From assembly GCA_950097015.1 (NCBI GenBank), contig CATNEN010000039.1:12152001-12216000 (forward strand): 64,000 nucleotides of DNA. The letters are read 5' to 3'. The notes beneath the pieces were generated by a model. That model searched no databases, was not told the DNA's origin, and saw only the letters and a list, made by a program, of their open reading frames with translations. Below, one piece after another: positions 1 to 12,416 of the stretch (position 1 is the first letter of the stretch; each line of letters begins with the position of its first letter). A program made the translations under genes and the position numbers. The stretch comes from Macrostomum hystrix. Taxonomy: Eukaryota; Animalia; Platyhelminthes.

Positions 1-398
1 ACTCTCCTGACTCTCCTGACACTCCTGACACTCCTGACTCTCCTGACTCTCCTGACTCTCCTGACACTCCTGACTCTCCTGAATCTCCTGACTCTCCTGA
101 CTCTCCTGACACTACTGACTCTCCTGACTCTCCTGACACTCCTGACTCTCCTGAATCTCCTGACTCTCCTGACTCTCCTGACACTACTGACTCTCCTGAC
201 TCTCCTGACTCTCCTGACACTACTGACTCTCCTGACTCTCCTGACTCTCCTGACACTACTGAGTCTCCTGACTCTCCTGACTCTCCTGACTCTCCTGACT
301 CTCCTGACTCTCCTGACACTACTGAGTCTCCTGACTCTCCTGACTCTCCTGACTCTCCTGACTCTCCTGATACTACTGACTCTCCTGACTCTCCTGAA
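1..398. repeat. 9-bp minisatellite (ACTCTCCTG, variant ACACTACTG), truncated by window start
   Basis: Direct period-9 tandem repetition. Confidence 0.95.
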
Positions 399-988
399 AT
401 TTAATCTATTTGGGATTACGATAAGACTTCCTAATTATACTTAATAATGGTCTAATATATTTGGGCAGTAATGCATATAAAACTACAAGCATACAAGTAA
501 AGTTAGTAAAATCTTTGCCCTAAACCGCCCCGACCTTGACTACTGTAAATGCAGTCAAACTGTTACGTAACCACTAGAATTCTTTAACTAGCTCTTATTT
601 CCTCACTTCAACCGACAATTCTGAGCTACTCAAAATCTACAAGATGGATTATTAATCAATCAAGAATGCTGCCTTAAACAGCAGTTTGGTTATGCTACAG
701 GCGAAATCCCAGTTGTGTGGCGCTTATCAAGGAAACAATTTTTCCGCCCAATTCAGTTAAATATTTCATAGAATGGTTTGCGAAACATGGTTAGTGTGAT
801 GCATTGCGATAGACTAACCATCTACTACTTAGTGTTTAACCATTTTAGTATCGAATTTTTTTTCGGAGACTGTGTGAATTATCGATCGATAAGACCGTGA
901 CTTAGAGACTGAGTGAGCAAGGCGGATACTTGGCGGTAGGTTTCAAGAAAAGGACGAAAAGAAGTGTGATAAGGAGGCCGCGAGTTTA

Positions 989-2082
989 AATGGGAGAGTG
1001 TGAATGGGAGAGTGTGAATGGGAGATTGTGAATGGGAGAGAGTGAATGGGAGAGAGTGAATGGGAGAGTGTGAATGGGAGAGTGTGAATGGGAGAGTGTG
1101 AATGGGAGAGTGTGAATGGGAGAGAGTGAATGGGAGAGTGTGAATGGGAGAGTGTGAATGGGAGAGTGTGAATGGAAGAGTGTGAATGGGAGATTGTGAA
1201 TGGGAGAGAGTGAATGGGAGAGAGTGAATGGAAGAGTGTGAATGGGAGAGAGTGAATGGGAGAGAGTGAATGGAAGAGTGTGAATGGGAGAGAGTGAATG
1301 GGAGAGTGTGAATGGGAGAGTGTGAATGGGAGAGTGTGAATGGGAGAGAGTGTGAATGGGAGAGTGTGAATGGGAGAGTGTGAATGGGAGAGAGTGAATG
1401 GGAGAGTGTGAATGGGAGAGTGTGAATGGGAGAGTGTGAATGGGAGAGAGTGTGAATGGGAGAGTGTGAATGGGAGAGAGTGTGAATGGGAGAGTGTGAA
1501 TGGGAGAGAGTGTGAATGGGGAGTGTGAATGGGAGAGAGTGTGAATGGGGAGTGTGAATGGGAGAGTGTGAATGGGAGAGTGTGAATGGGAGAGAGTGTG
1601 AATGGGAGAGTGTGAATGGGAGAGAGTGTGAATGGGGAGTGTGAATGGGAGAGTGTGAATGGGAGAGTGTGAATGGGAGAGAGTGTGAATGGGAGAGTGT
1701 GAATGGGAGAGAGTGTGAATGGGAGAGTGTGAATGGGAGAGAGTGTGAATGGGGAGTGTGAATGGGAGAGAGTGTGAATGGGGAGTGTGAATGGGAGAGT
1801 GTGAATGGGAGAGTGTGAATGGGAGAGAGTGTGAATGGGAGAGTGTGAATGGGAGAGAGTGTGAATGGGGAGTGTGAATGGGAGAGTGTGAATGGGAGAG
1901 TGTGAATGGGAGAGAGTGTGAATGGGAGAGTGTGAATGGGGAGTGTGAATGGGGAGTGTGAATGGGAGAGAGTGTGAATGGGAGAGTGTGAATGGGGAGT
2001 GTGAATGGGGAGTGTGAATGGGAGAGTGTGAATGGGGAGTGTGAATGGGGAGTGTGAATGGAATAGTGTGAATTGGAGTGTG
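989..2082. repeat. ~14-bp purine-rich minisatellite (GTGAATGGGAGAGT, 12/14/16-bp variants)
   Basis: Direct tandem repetition; source of the spurious HS/PFTL ORFs on the minus strand. Confidence 0.95.
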
Positions 2083-2452
2083 TGTAGTGGTGATTGCTGA
2101 TGCCAGTTGTCAAAAAGCATCATGATAAATACATATTTTTTTCTGAGCCAGGATAACAATGACTTTTCAACCCTCCTTAGTTCACCGTCAGGTCACAGCT
2201 GTTTCTAAACAGTATTAGCATCAGTAAAGAATAGCCTGCTAGCTACACTGAAATCGGGTTATCCCATGTCACACAGGCCAGGTTAGGTGAGTCATATGAG
2301 ATCGAGGATAAAAATTACTTGGGAGTAGAAAAGACACATTTTTCGTTTAATTTCCTTGGTGTCAAATGTAATGTATTTACATTTTCTTTTTGATAGAAAC
2401 AGTTGAAGTTTTTCTTTTATTATAACACACAGACAAGACATTGTTATAGAAG

Positions 2453-3160
2453 TGTTGACCACTGACAGGATAGTGCTGACCCACTGACAGGATAGTGCTG
2501 ACCCACTGACAGGATAGTGCTGACCCACTGACAGGATAGTGCTGACCCACTGACAGGATTGTGTTGTTGACCCACTGACAGGATTGTGTTGCTGACCCAC
2601 TGACAGGTTAGTTCTGACCCACTGACAAGACAGTGCTGACCCACTGACAAGACAGTGCTGACCCACTGACAGGATTGTGCTGACCCACAGACTGGATTGT
2701 GCTGACCCACAGACTGGATTGTGCTGACCCACAGACTGGATTGTGCTGACCCACTGACAGGATAGTGCTGACCCACTGACAGGATTGTGTTGACCCACAG
2801 ACTGGATTGTGCTGACCCACTGACAGGATTGTGCTGACCCACTGACAAGACAGTGCTGACCCACTGACAAGACAGTGCTGACCCACTGACAGGATTGTGC
2901 TGACCCACAGACTGGATTGTGCTGACCCACAGACTGGATTGTGCTGACCCACAGACAGGATTGTGCTGACCCACAGACTGGATTGTGCTGACCCACAGAC
3001 TGGATTGTGCTGACCCACAGACTGGATTGTGCTGACCCACAGACTGGATTGTGCTGACCCACTGACAGTATAGTGCTGACCCGCTGACAGTACAGTGCTG
3101 ACCCACTGACAGTACAGTGCTGACCCACTGACAGTACAGTGCTGACCCACTGACAGGATA
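2453..3160. repeat. 22-bp minisatellite (GTGCTGACCCACTGACAGGATT)
   Basis: Direct tandem repetition ending ~65 nt upstream of a SCYL2-like exon. Confidence 0.95.
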
Positions 3161-3224
3161 GGAAAGAATCCACTAATTGATTATTGACTGGATGCTGAAT
3201 CTCTTCAAAAACATTCCATTCCAG

Positions 3225-6200
3225 AATATCCTATTCAAGCGTGTTTGCCCGCTAATCGCTGAGAATCTTCACCTAGCGGCCGACCTGACGCCCTACGTTC
3301 TGCCCTGCCTGCTGCGGGCGGTGATGCAGGTTGGGCCAGATGAGTTCAGGCAGCACCTGTGTGATCACACTCTCGGCGTGCTGCGGCGACCCAAGACTGC
3401 CCAGGTGAGATGTGCGGACTGTTGCGGCTGGTCTGGAATCGGAAGTTTGAGAAAGAGAAAAGTGGAAGGGAGACAGGAGAGGAGAGGAGAAAGAGGTGAG
3501 TAGAATGGGGAGATAAGAGAAAAGAGAGGAGAGAGGAAAAATAAAATAGGAAAGACGATAATTATTTCAGGGGTCGGTGGCAGAGCATCTCGTGCCAAAG
3601 TCCCTAAGTTCGATTCCGCGGCGAGGCCACATTTATTTGGCGCGCAGCCGCGGAGAGAAGGCTTGGGGGCTTGTCGTGCAATTTACGCCCTTGAGGGCCA
3701 ACCTCCAAGACACAGTGAGAGTGTACACTGCCTGACGAAGAGAAAGTCTGGGAAGATGTACACACCTGTGCGTGTGTGCTCAGGAGTCAGCTGAAATGGG
3801 CAGAATTGCCTACTCGCTGTCTTCGGGTCTAGTGACACCGAAATATGTGTCACTGCCCGCAACCCTCCTGCAATTATTGTTTTTTCATTATTTAATATTA
3901 TTATTATTATTACTTCTCGCAGATATCACCACGAGCTTAAAAAATATTTTTAGGCGCTGTTCGGTTGTTCTTGGCCGATTGAATTTGTTTCAATCGAAAT
4001 CCGACAAAAAACTAGAAACATATTTTAAAAGTCCATTCTATAGGTCTGTTCATCCACTTTTGTGACTTCACTCTAGAAATTTCTGTTCAAATTCTCTATT
4101 GCGGGGCAACGCATTGTCAGCGCATTTCTCCCATGTTTTTCATCATTTCATGCCTATCGGAACCAAGTCAGACAGTCGGGTTCGAGACGGCCATTAGTAA
4201 GCCAGCGACCGGAGAGCTGAAAAAGTCTCCCCAGACTGTCAGACCTTATATTCTCTGCTTTTTCGACTCATAAAGCTAGGATAGGTAGGTAGTGTGAGCT
4301 AGGTACTGCTTGCTTGTCAGTCCACTTAGGCGGCCCAGTGGCTTGACTAGTACCTGAGGTCATTAGGTGGAGCCCACGATACCTGGTACAGGATCTAAGA
4401 GACTTTTCAGTATCTCATTATTTAGATATGAGCTCCTAATACTAATCATGTTGTATAGAATTTTATTCACCAAGTAACTAGCTTGATAAAACTGATGATT
4501 GACAGGTCACATAGAAACTAAAATGATAAAAATGATGATTGACAGGTCACATAGAAACTAAAATGATAAAACTGATGATTGACAGGTCACCTAGAAAATA
4601 AAATGATAAAACTGATGATTGACAGGTCACGTAGAAACTAAAATGATAAAACTGATGATTGACAGGTCACCTAGAAAATAAAATGATAAAACTGATGATT
4701 GACATGTGACATAGTAACTAGCTTGATAAAACTGATGATTGACAGGTCACCTAGAAACTAACTTGACAAAACTGATGATTGACATGTGACATAGTAACTA
4801 GCTTGATAAAACTGATGATTGACAGGTCACCTAGTAATGAACTTGATAAAACTGATGATTGACAGGTCACGCTGGTATTAGTTGAGCACAGCGATGTTCT
4901 GGCAGAGAAGCTGGGTGACAGCCAAGTCAGAGTGGACCTGCTGCCGTTGATTTTCGGAACACTTGACTCAAATTCCTCCACTGGACAGGTGAGTTTCCTC
5001 TCCCAATTCGAACTGATATAATTTTAGTTTCTAAAATGTCAAGTGGCATTTTATTTAGAAGAGGAAAATCAGGACTCAGAGCCTCATTACCCCGCACCTG
5101 CGTGACTAATTAAAGTGTTTCAATTAGTTGAAATTTCTAATTGCCATGACTTTCTTCTCTTCAATTTTTAGGAGGCCGCACTGAACTCATTTGTGCAACT
5201 CCAGGACCACATAGACGATGCCACACTCAGGAAGCTAGTCCTGCCCAAAGCTAAGGCTCTGTTTCAGAAGAACACTGGCATTGCCGTAAGTCTACTATGA
5301 GTAGAGAGGTTGGAGTTTAATATCTGTTTTAGGGTGAAATAGACATCAAAGGTGGGATTGAAGGCTGGGATAGATAAGGATAGTGAGGGATTGTAGGCTG
5401 GGAGAGATAAGGATAGTGAGGGATTGAAGGCTGAGTGAAATAAGGATAGTGAGGGATTGTAGGCTGGGAGAGATAAGGATAGTGAGGGATTGTAGGCTGG
5501 GAGAGATAAGGATAGTGAGGGATTGAAGGCTGAGTGAAATAAGGATAGTGAGGGATTGTAGGCTGGGAGAGATAAGGATAGTGAGTCATTTTAGGCTGGG
5601 AGAGATAAGAATAGTGAGTCATTGTAGGCTGGGAAAGATAAGGATAGTGAGGGATTGTAGGCTGGAAGAGATAATGATAGTGAGGGATTGAAGGCTGGGA
5701 TAGATAAGGATAGTGAGGGATTGTAGGCTGGGAGAGATAAGGATAGTGAGTCATTTTAGGCTGGGAGAGATAAGGATAGTGAGTCATTGTAGGCTGGGAG
5801 AGATAAGGATAGTAAGGGATTGTAGGCTGGGAGAGATAATGATAGTGAGGGATTGAAGGCTGGGATAGATAAGGATAGTGAGGGATTGTAGGCTGGGATA
5901 GATAAGGATAGTGAGTCATTGTAGGCTGGGAGAGATAAGGATAGTGAGGGATTGAAGACTGGTAGAGATCAGATATCTACAATCTACAATGAGGATCTGG
6001 ATGGCAATTTTAATATTAAGTCTTTCTGCAACCCACCGACCGATCACAGATGCAGGTGGGTGTCCTGTCCTGCCTGGAGAGGCTGATGGACCGGCTAGAC
6101 AAGATGGCCATCCTAGAAGACCTGCTGCCGTTTCTTCTGGAAATAAGTTTCTCGGACACAGAAATCTATATGGCTGCTATCAGTGAGCCTTTGTCTCCTA

Positions 6201-6529
6201 TTCTGTCCTTGTTAATGTACAATTAATTTGGTTTCCCACGTTTGACACCTCATACCTCACGCCTAATACCTCACCCATCGCAATTTGACAATTGCAGACA
6301 TCTACAAGCACATGCTATCGGATAAGCGCTTTGGTCTGACGTACAGTGTCATCGCTACCAAGGTGCTGCCACATCTCATTCCCTATACGGTGAATCCCAA
6401 TTTGCGTCGGGATGACTTTCGTGTTGCCATGGAGACGCTGAACGCCATGTGGAACCGGCTGGAGGCGGGCCGCACGGCCCAGATGCGCCTGGAGGACGCA
6501 GAGGGCGCCGATTCGACTGACGAATCCGG
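3225..6529 (+). CDS. SCYL2: SCY1-like pseudokinase 2 (CVAK104-like), HEAT-repeat region; 5' part lies outside the window
   Basis: In-phase AG/GT exons 3225-3404, 4866-4988, 5172-5285, 6050-6182, 6298-6529 translate to NILFKRVCPL..LTPYVLP../VTLVLVEHSDVL../EAALNSFVQL..LVLPKAK../MQVGVLSCLERLMDRLDKMAILEDLLPFL../NIYKHMLSDKRFGLTYSVIATKVLPHLIP..NPNL. This matches the recalled SCYL2 segment (..LDKWFVLDDILPFL..IYK..GIT..LAGKVLPHLIPL..NNL). Confidence 0.88.
3570..3912 (+). mobile_element. tRNA-derived SINE family A, internally deleted copy
   Basis: GTGGCAGAGC A-box-like, GTTCGATTCC B-box, shared body, (ATT)n tail. Confidence 0.85.
4474..4870 (+). repeat. 40-bp minisatellite containing the splice acceptor of SCYL2 exon 4866
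   Basis: GACAGGTCAC (or GACATGTGAC) recurs at 4501, 4541 ... 4861 with exact 40-nt spacing; the last unit runs into the exon. Confidence 0.93.
5354..5961. repeat. 33-bp intronic minisatellite (GGGATTGTAGGCTGGGAGAGATAAGGATAGTGA)
   Basis: Direct tandem repetition. Confidence 0.95.
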
Positions 6530-6869
6530 GTGAGAACCGCCATTTTCCGCAAATCAAGAGGAGTTCTACTTATAGTACGCTAGTGCGGATAAAGACAAGT
6601 TTTTTGCGATGATGATCAAAACAGTTTCGCGAATGTTTTTATAAATTGAATGTGAGTAGTAGTAAGTGTGACTAGTAGCTCATTACGAGCCGGACTAGTT
6701 TGGGACGCAGCCATGAAGAGAAGAGCTGGAATTCTTTTTGTTGCGCAACTGAAGCCTATAACGCCCAAGGAAAAACAAGAGTGTGCTAGAGAGAAAGCTA
6801 GTGATCCACAGATGTACCACACCAGTGTGCGGGTGTGCAGTACTGATAATAATACTATCATTTATTCAG

Positions 6870-9800
6870 CCTAATTTCATCCGTCCACCCACCCGCCTCA
6901 GCAACCTGATCCGGCCGCCGCTCATCACGATGCAGAAGCCCAGCTTCGACACTGACGCAGCCAGCCTGCACTCTTCAGCGTCGACGGCCGACCTGCCGGT
7001 TCAGCAGCAGCGCCGGCGCAGCTCGTCTGGTCTGCAGCAGCAGCTGCAGCAGCAGCGTGCAGAGGCGGCGGCTGGCAGGCTGGCAGAGTCCAAGAGTGTC
7101 AGATCCAATCCAGGTAAAACCGCTTTGTCTGAAAGAAATCTGATTTTCTCAGATTTCTTATTAACAAAAATGAACTCTTTTGAAGAGTAGTAATTCGCTT
7201 TTTTATTGCAATACATCTAGCTAAAGAGAACCATTAATTGCTTTTAAAATAATTATATTGGAAATGAAAGTAGTTAGCGGAGTCGAAGATGCTAATCGAA
7301 ATCCTTTGACGCGTTCGTGTTGGCCTTTAGAAGCAGCCTCGGTATAGGTGATCCACAAACTGCCCCGTAGGATGGGCTGAGACTAAGGGGTTTGGTCAGA
7401 AAAAGTACACGGTTCGAGAGAGGCCTTAGGATGAAGATGCTTGCCCACAAAGAGGATCTTTGGCCGAGAGTAATTTTGAATGAAACCAAAAGCATTTTAA
7501 GAGCAGAGCTAATGGTTGAGCTCAAATATCAGCTGATTATAGCATGCTTCACTCCCCGAGCATCATTTCTTGAACTAGAACGAACGAAAAGTAAACTTCG
7601 CGACAGTTTCTGATAGCCGAACAATTTTCCAGAAAGTTTTTTATTTCAAATGCACTTTCAGTTGTACTTTGCAACTTATTTTGATAATATTCTCTGAAAC
7701 TATTTGCCAAATCCTCATTTGCTGCATCTGGTCAACATTCAGTATGTAGCTGTTTAAACTGTTCTCTATAGAGAGCGACTGCCCATTGCTAGTTCCAGTC
7801 ATTAACTAATTTGTCTGTCAGGTCCCATTGTCTGGTCCTTTCGCTTAATCTCATTAAGTCAACAGAGTGCCAAGAATTTAGCTACGCATATATTGTAACA
7901 AAAATTACAATTATGCTCAAAAGCCATTGTTTAGCTTGAGTGCTCGAGTGATCATTTTGTCAAACTAAATATGCTAAATTTGATATTTCTCCTGGGAAAG
8001 CATAAACCCTGTTGTTTGCTCAATATATTTTCCACTGCCTGCTTCCGTCATTTTTCCTTTGTCAAGTTCATTTAGCAGTAAAATTTACTTAACAATTTAC
8101 AAAATTTGCTTAGTGCATTTTTTTTTGTTTCGGACACTGGGCCCATGAAGTAACTGATCAATAACCATTCGGTCTCCCAATAGTAGCCGATGTGGAGCAC
8201 TAGCAGTCTGACTTATCAAATTCTTAAGAAATTTGCTGATTATTAAAAAGCTTTGTAAAATAAAAAACTGTAAAAACAGTCAACAACAAAACAAACAAGA
8301 AAACAAACAACAAAACAAACAACAAAACAAACAACAAAACAAACAACAAAACAAACAACAAAACAAACAACAAAACAAACAACAAAACGGTCTCGTGCTC
8401 CATGGCATCGCATTAAAAGTGGAGGCCATATCAATCACCAACTGCCAGCGCACAGTAAAATTGACAGTCTGAGTGAAGTTAGAAAGTCAGGGCAAATGTA
8501 CATAGATGGGGTGAGTGGCAGAGCGGTTAACGCGTTTGCCTCTCGCAGCACGGTGCCTAAGTTCGATTCCGCGGCGAGGCCACATTTCTTTGGTGCGCAG
8601 CCGCGGAGAGAAGGCTTTGGGGGCTTGTCGTGCAATTAACGCCCTTGAGGGCCAACCTCCAAGGCACAGTGAAAGTGTACACTGCCTGATGATGAGAAAG
8701 TCAGGGCAGATGTACACACCTGTGTGAGCGTATCCCTGCGTACAGTATCTGTGTGCGTGTGTGATCAGGAGTCAGCGAAATGGGCGGAACTGCCTCCTCC
8801 CTGGCTGCGGGTCTAGTGTCACTAAAAGATATGCCATTACACGCAGCCCACCTGCAGCCCACAGACCTACCTGTGAGAAAGTGAGCAAGTTTGCGCAACC
8901 ATGTGCGGTTGCACTAGAGAAAAGTATTTCATTCCCAGTCTCATTCTATATTAGCTAAAAGAAGCAATGACGTTATTGGAACTGAAAAATAATTACATCA
9001 TGATGGTTCTTTTGGTTTTAGCGAATGTACGTCCTCGCTATGTATTTTTAACGTAGGCTTCCTATTCTTTTGTTTAAGTTACCTGACACCGTGCATGCAA
9101 TAAGGACAGAATTTAGATTTTGTTTTAACGCGTCGCTTGGCACCATCAATACCGTTTTTTGTGCGCGCTCGCGTTTCCTTTCATATTTACTCTTTACTTT
9201 GGTTTCTATAACTTTTTATTTTGTTTCCCATTGTTTAAAATGCGCAAGAGTTCGGCGGGTTGCCTCATATCAAATTTTCGACTGGTGAAAAAAGCACCAG
9301 CAGCAAAGACGGCCGGAATTCAGAATTCTGTGCGCGGCCGCATTAGGGAAATCAGTTTGTTTGTTAAAGCCTTTGTGCGGACAGCTGTTCACGCGCTGAC
9401 GCCTTCGCCCCCGTCACTCGCGCGAAGGGGGCATCCACCTGTCTTCAACTAACATAATATTTCCTTCCGACAGGCTAGTTTTCGTCTTTATCTTCTTTTT
9501 TAGCTCCTCAGAGTAAGCCGGCCTCATCAAAGAAAGTGGGAGCCAGGCAGGCAAACCTGACACTTCTCGCGAGTGTTAGCCGCATTAGCTCAATTCTGGT
9601 TGCATTGTGCAGTGTGGGCCTTACTCTGTCACCCCGGCTGATATTTCCTAAGTAATTCAATTTGCAAAGGGCTTTGCGAGCTGTGCGACCGTTGCGGGGA
9701 CCCCGCCTGCTACCGGGCTCCATTTGATTCATTGCGGTCTTTTACGACCCGCGTGGATTGTACTCACTGAAATGAAGCGACTGTGAGCAGGCGTAATAAG

Positions 9801-12384
9801 TTAAGAGGCCGACTAGAATGTACAGAAAATAATCATAACTATACAATCAGGTCTGGTCCCACTCATGCAAGTGCCTCATTTATTCTAGAATTTTGCCATA
9901 CAATTCTTCCGGAAGAGTCCTTGGAGAGCAAAAGTACTTTTTCCTAACAGACCAGAGTCTGTGAGACAATTGATGAGGCATTTTTCCGCATTTCACGCTT
10001 CTCAGACTATTCCATTTGTTATACTAGGCAGGGAGCATCATAAAACAAGTCTGTCTGTCTGTCTGAATTTCTTATATGGCAGGCGAGCCGTTGCTGATGA
10101 CTCAATGATGCGCGCCCTTATTCGATACGATCGCTGTGCTCAAAACCGTCTTTCCAGTTTAGCTTTCAATTGTGGAGAGAAAGCGAGGATGAAATAAAGG
10201 AAACTTAGCTGTACAGGGACATCGATTGTTGAGTTAAGATTGATCCGAGATAGAGCGTACACGAGAGTAGCTGCTGAAGAGACTCACTACCTTAGGAAGG
10301 AAAATGAGAATGCTGAATAAAAGCTCAACGATGGCAAGGCAAGATGTAAAGATTTGAAAGCCGCAGCAGTTTCCCACATTAGTACTTTTATTATTAGGAA
10401 GAAATGGGTCAGTCTTGGCCATCGAGTCTCCCCTCAAACTCATTGTCGTCACTCTGCGTCCTTCGCTAGCGTGCGACAGCTCAGCCATGGAGAATTGACG
10501 CCAGGGATTTCCAGATCCTCCCGTATCTGCATCTGGCATCGGAGAATTCGGAACTAGAACGGGCAGCGCCGGTGGGGTTGCTGCGAGATAATTCCCCTGA
10601 GCAGCTACCCCACTCCATTGCAAGGTGTGGGGCCTGGTGGGGGCGCAGAGGGGGAAGTCTGGACCCCAATGGAAATGAAATCATAAACTCTCAGGCAGTG
10701 CGGCTTTGAGTTCAGGGTTAGGGAGGCATTGGGACTGGTTTGAGTCGCAAGTGGCTCTCATTTCTTCAATTCGGTCTAGAACGCCCAATTTCCTGTTACA
10801 CAGCACCTTAGCTAAGGACTGAAAATTTGAGCCCCGGTCATTGCGGACTGCTGAGTGACTGCGATTGAGGTTGGTGCTGCTCAGAATTAACATTTTCGTC
10901 TCCGGAATTGAAGCTCCAGAAAAGAAAATGCCTCTTCAACTAACTGAACCGATTTTAAACTTATAAAATAGTTATTTAGTGTCTAAATTCGATGTATGTC
11001 TTTGAAAACTTCTAGGCTCTGCTGCGTACAGGGAATAAATTATAAAACATAAAAATATTGACTATGAGTTCTAGAGTACGAGCTATACGGCTCGAAATCA
11101 ATAAATCAATCACAGAAATAGGTCTCACTTTTTCTAAGTCTACCTTTCAGTTCCCAACACGGGAGACAGAATAGTTCATGCCACTTATGCTCACTTGCTT
11201 TTCTTAGAAACTATACTAACTACAAAACTGACTTTCCTGCGCTGCTGCTAGAAGCGTCAGGCGGACTGTTGGACAAAGGGATATTGTTGTCACTCCACCA
11301 CAACGCTTTCTTTCTTCAAACGCGTTGCATCGCGTGACAAGGTATTCACTGCGCAAGAAATAGCTAGCAGCCGACGCTTGGCGACAGTTGTTCTAAAAAC
11401 TTGTAGTCGCGTCCAGCATTGTCTGCAGTTTATACAAACTTAGGACTTAAGCATCAGTCCCATTCACATCAAACTCAAATTACTTGCCGGTGTGAATTTG
11501 GAATCAGTTACCCAAAAAACTGCAGTCTGACTGACGCAGATGCCAATTTGGCAGAGAGTGCATTCCCATTAGAGTTTTGTGTTTTAGAACTGGTGGAACG
11601 TAGGGAATGGGTGTGGGAGGGGTCCTGATTCTACCCAACTTGGATTAAGTAACGTACGCAGCTAGTGCATTCCGACTCCGGAGCATCAGCGGCGGAGGCT
11701 TCTGACATCCTCAAATTCTGCCTCTTAACTGAAAGAGGATTTCTCTTCCCCCCTGTCATCGGGTCCATTGTTTTTACTAATTCATCTCCCCTACACCATC
11801 TCTCTATTTCTATCTTTCCACCTGTCTTCCAGGGAGTCTAAACAGGCTTCTAAGCGCGCGCCGGAGGTGCGCGTGAGACCCCGAGGCCCTTTAAAGATGG
11901 AAGTGCGGCAGCCTCGGAAAACGCTTCACTGGCACTGATAGGGACAGGAAAATATTCGCCTTTGCTAAGCCACTCAAGCTATCTGCATACTTTCCAAAGC
12001 GTTTAAACATCGTTTCAACTCCTTTAATTCATCCCAGCCTGACACGGGATGCATATTTTGCTACAATATAAGAACTCATTTTCTCCCGCTAGCTAGAAAG
12101 AATTAGTTTCCAGCGTTCTTTGAAATTAATTGTCTCTTCACAGGTGTAACTGAAAGCAGCATTTTTAGTTAGATATCCTACTGCTTTCTCATTTTCGCAT
12201 GTCTATTTTTCTAGGCAGTCACCTCAATGATCCCATAGGCCTTCTAATGTACAGAAGCAAGTCAATCAAATAGTCTTGGTGTTAATCGCTACCAGCTGCT
12301 ACTAACACCGATGTTGTCGCATGACATTGCTGCGTTTCCCCGAGCAACGCATTCAGATTGTCCCGCTCACTCAGCGCTGCAGCC

Positions 12385-12416
<32 letters not shown>

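Noticed and set aside
879-3173. Long minus-strand ORFs (426, 375, 293, 220, 180 aa)
   Set aside because: Translations of 14-bp and 22-bp minisatellites, open in several frames and lying in SCYL2 intronic DNA
5329-5919. 196-aa PHYPYLSQPTI repeat ORF
   Set aside because: 33-bp intronic minisatellite; no signal peptide or cleavage sites, unlike the 15938-16519 precursor
9733-9775. Possible spliced-leader RNA gene
   Set aside because: Only a short CGGTCTTTTAC resemblance; no ATG|GT leader end or Sm-binding site
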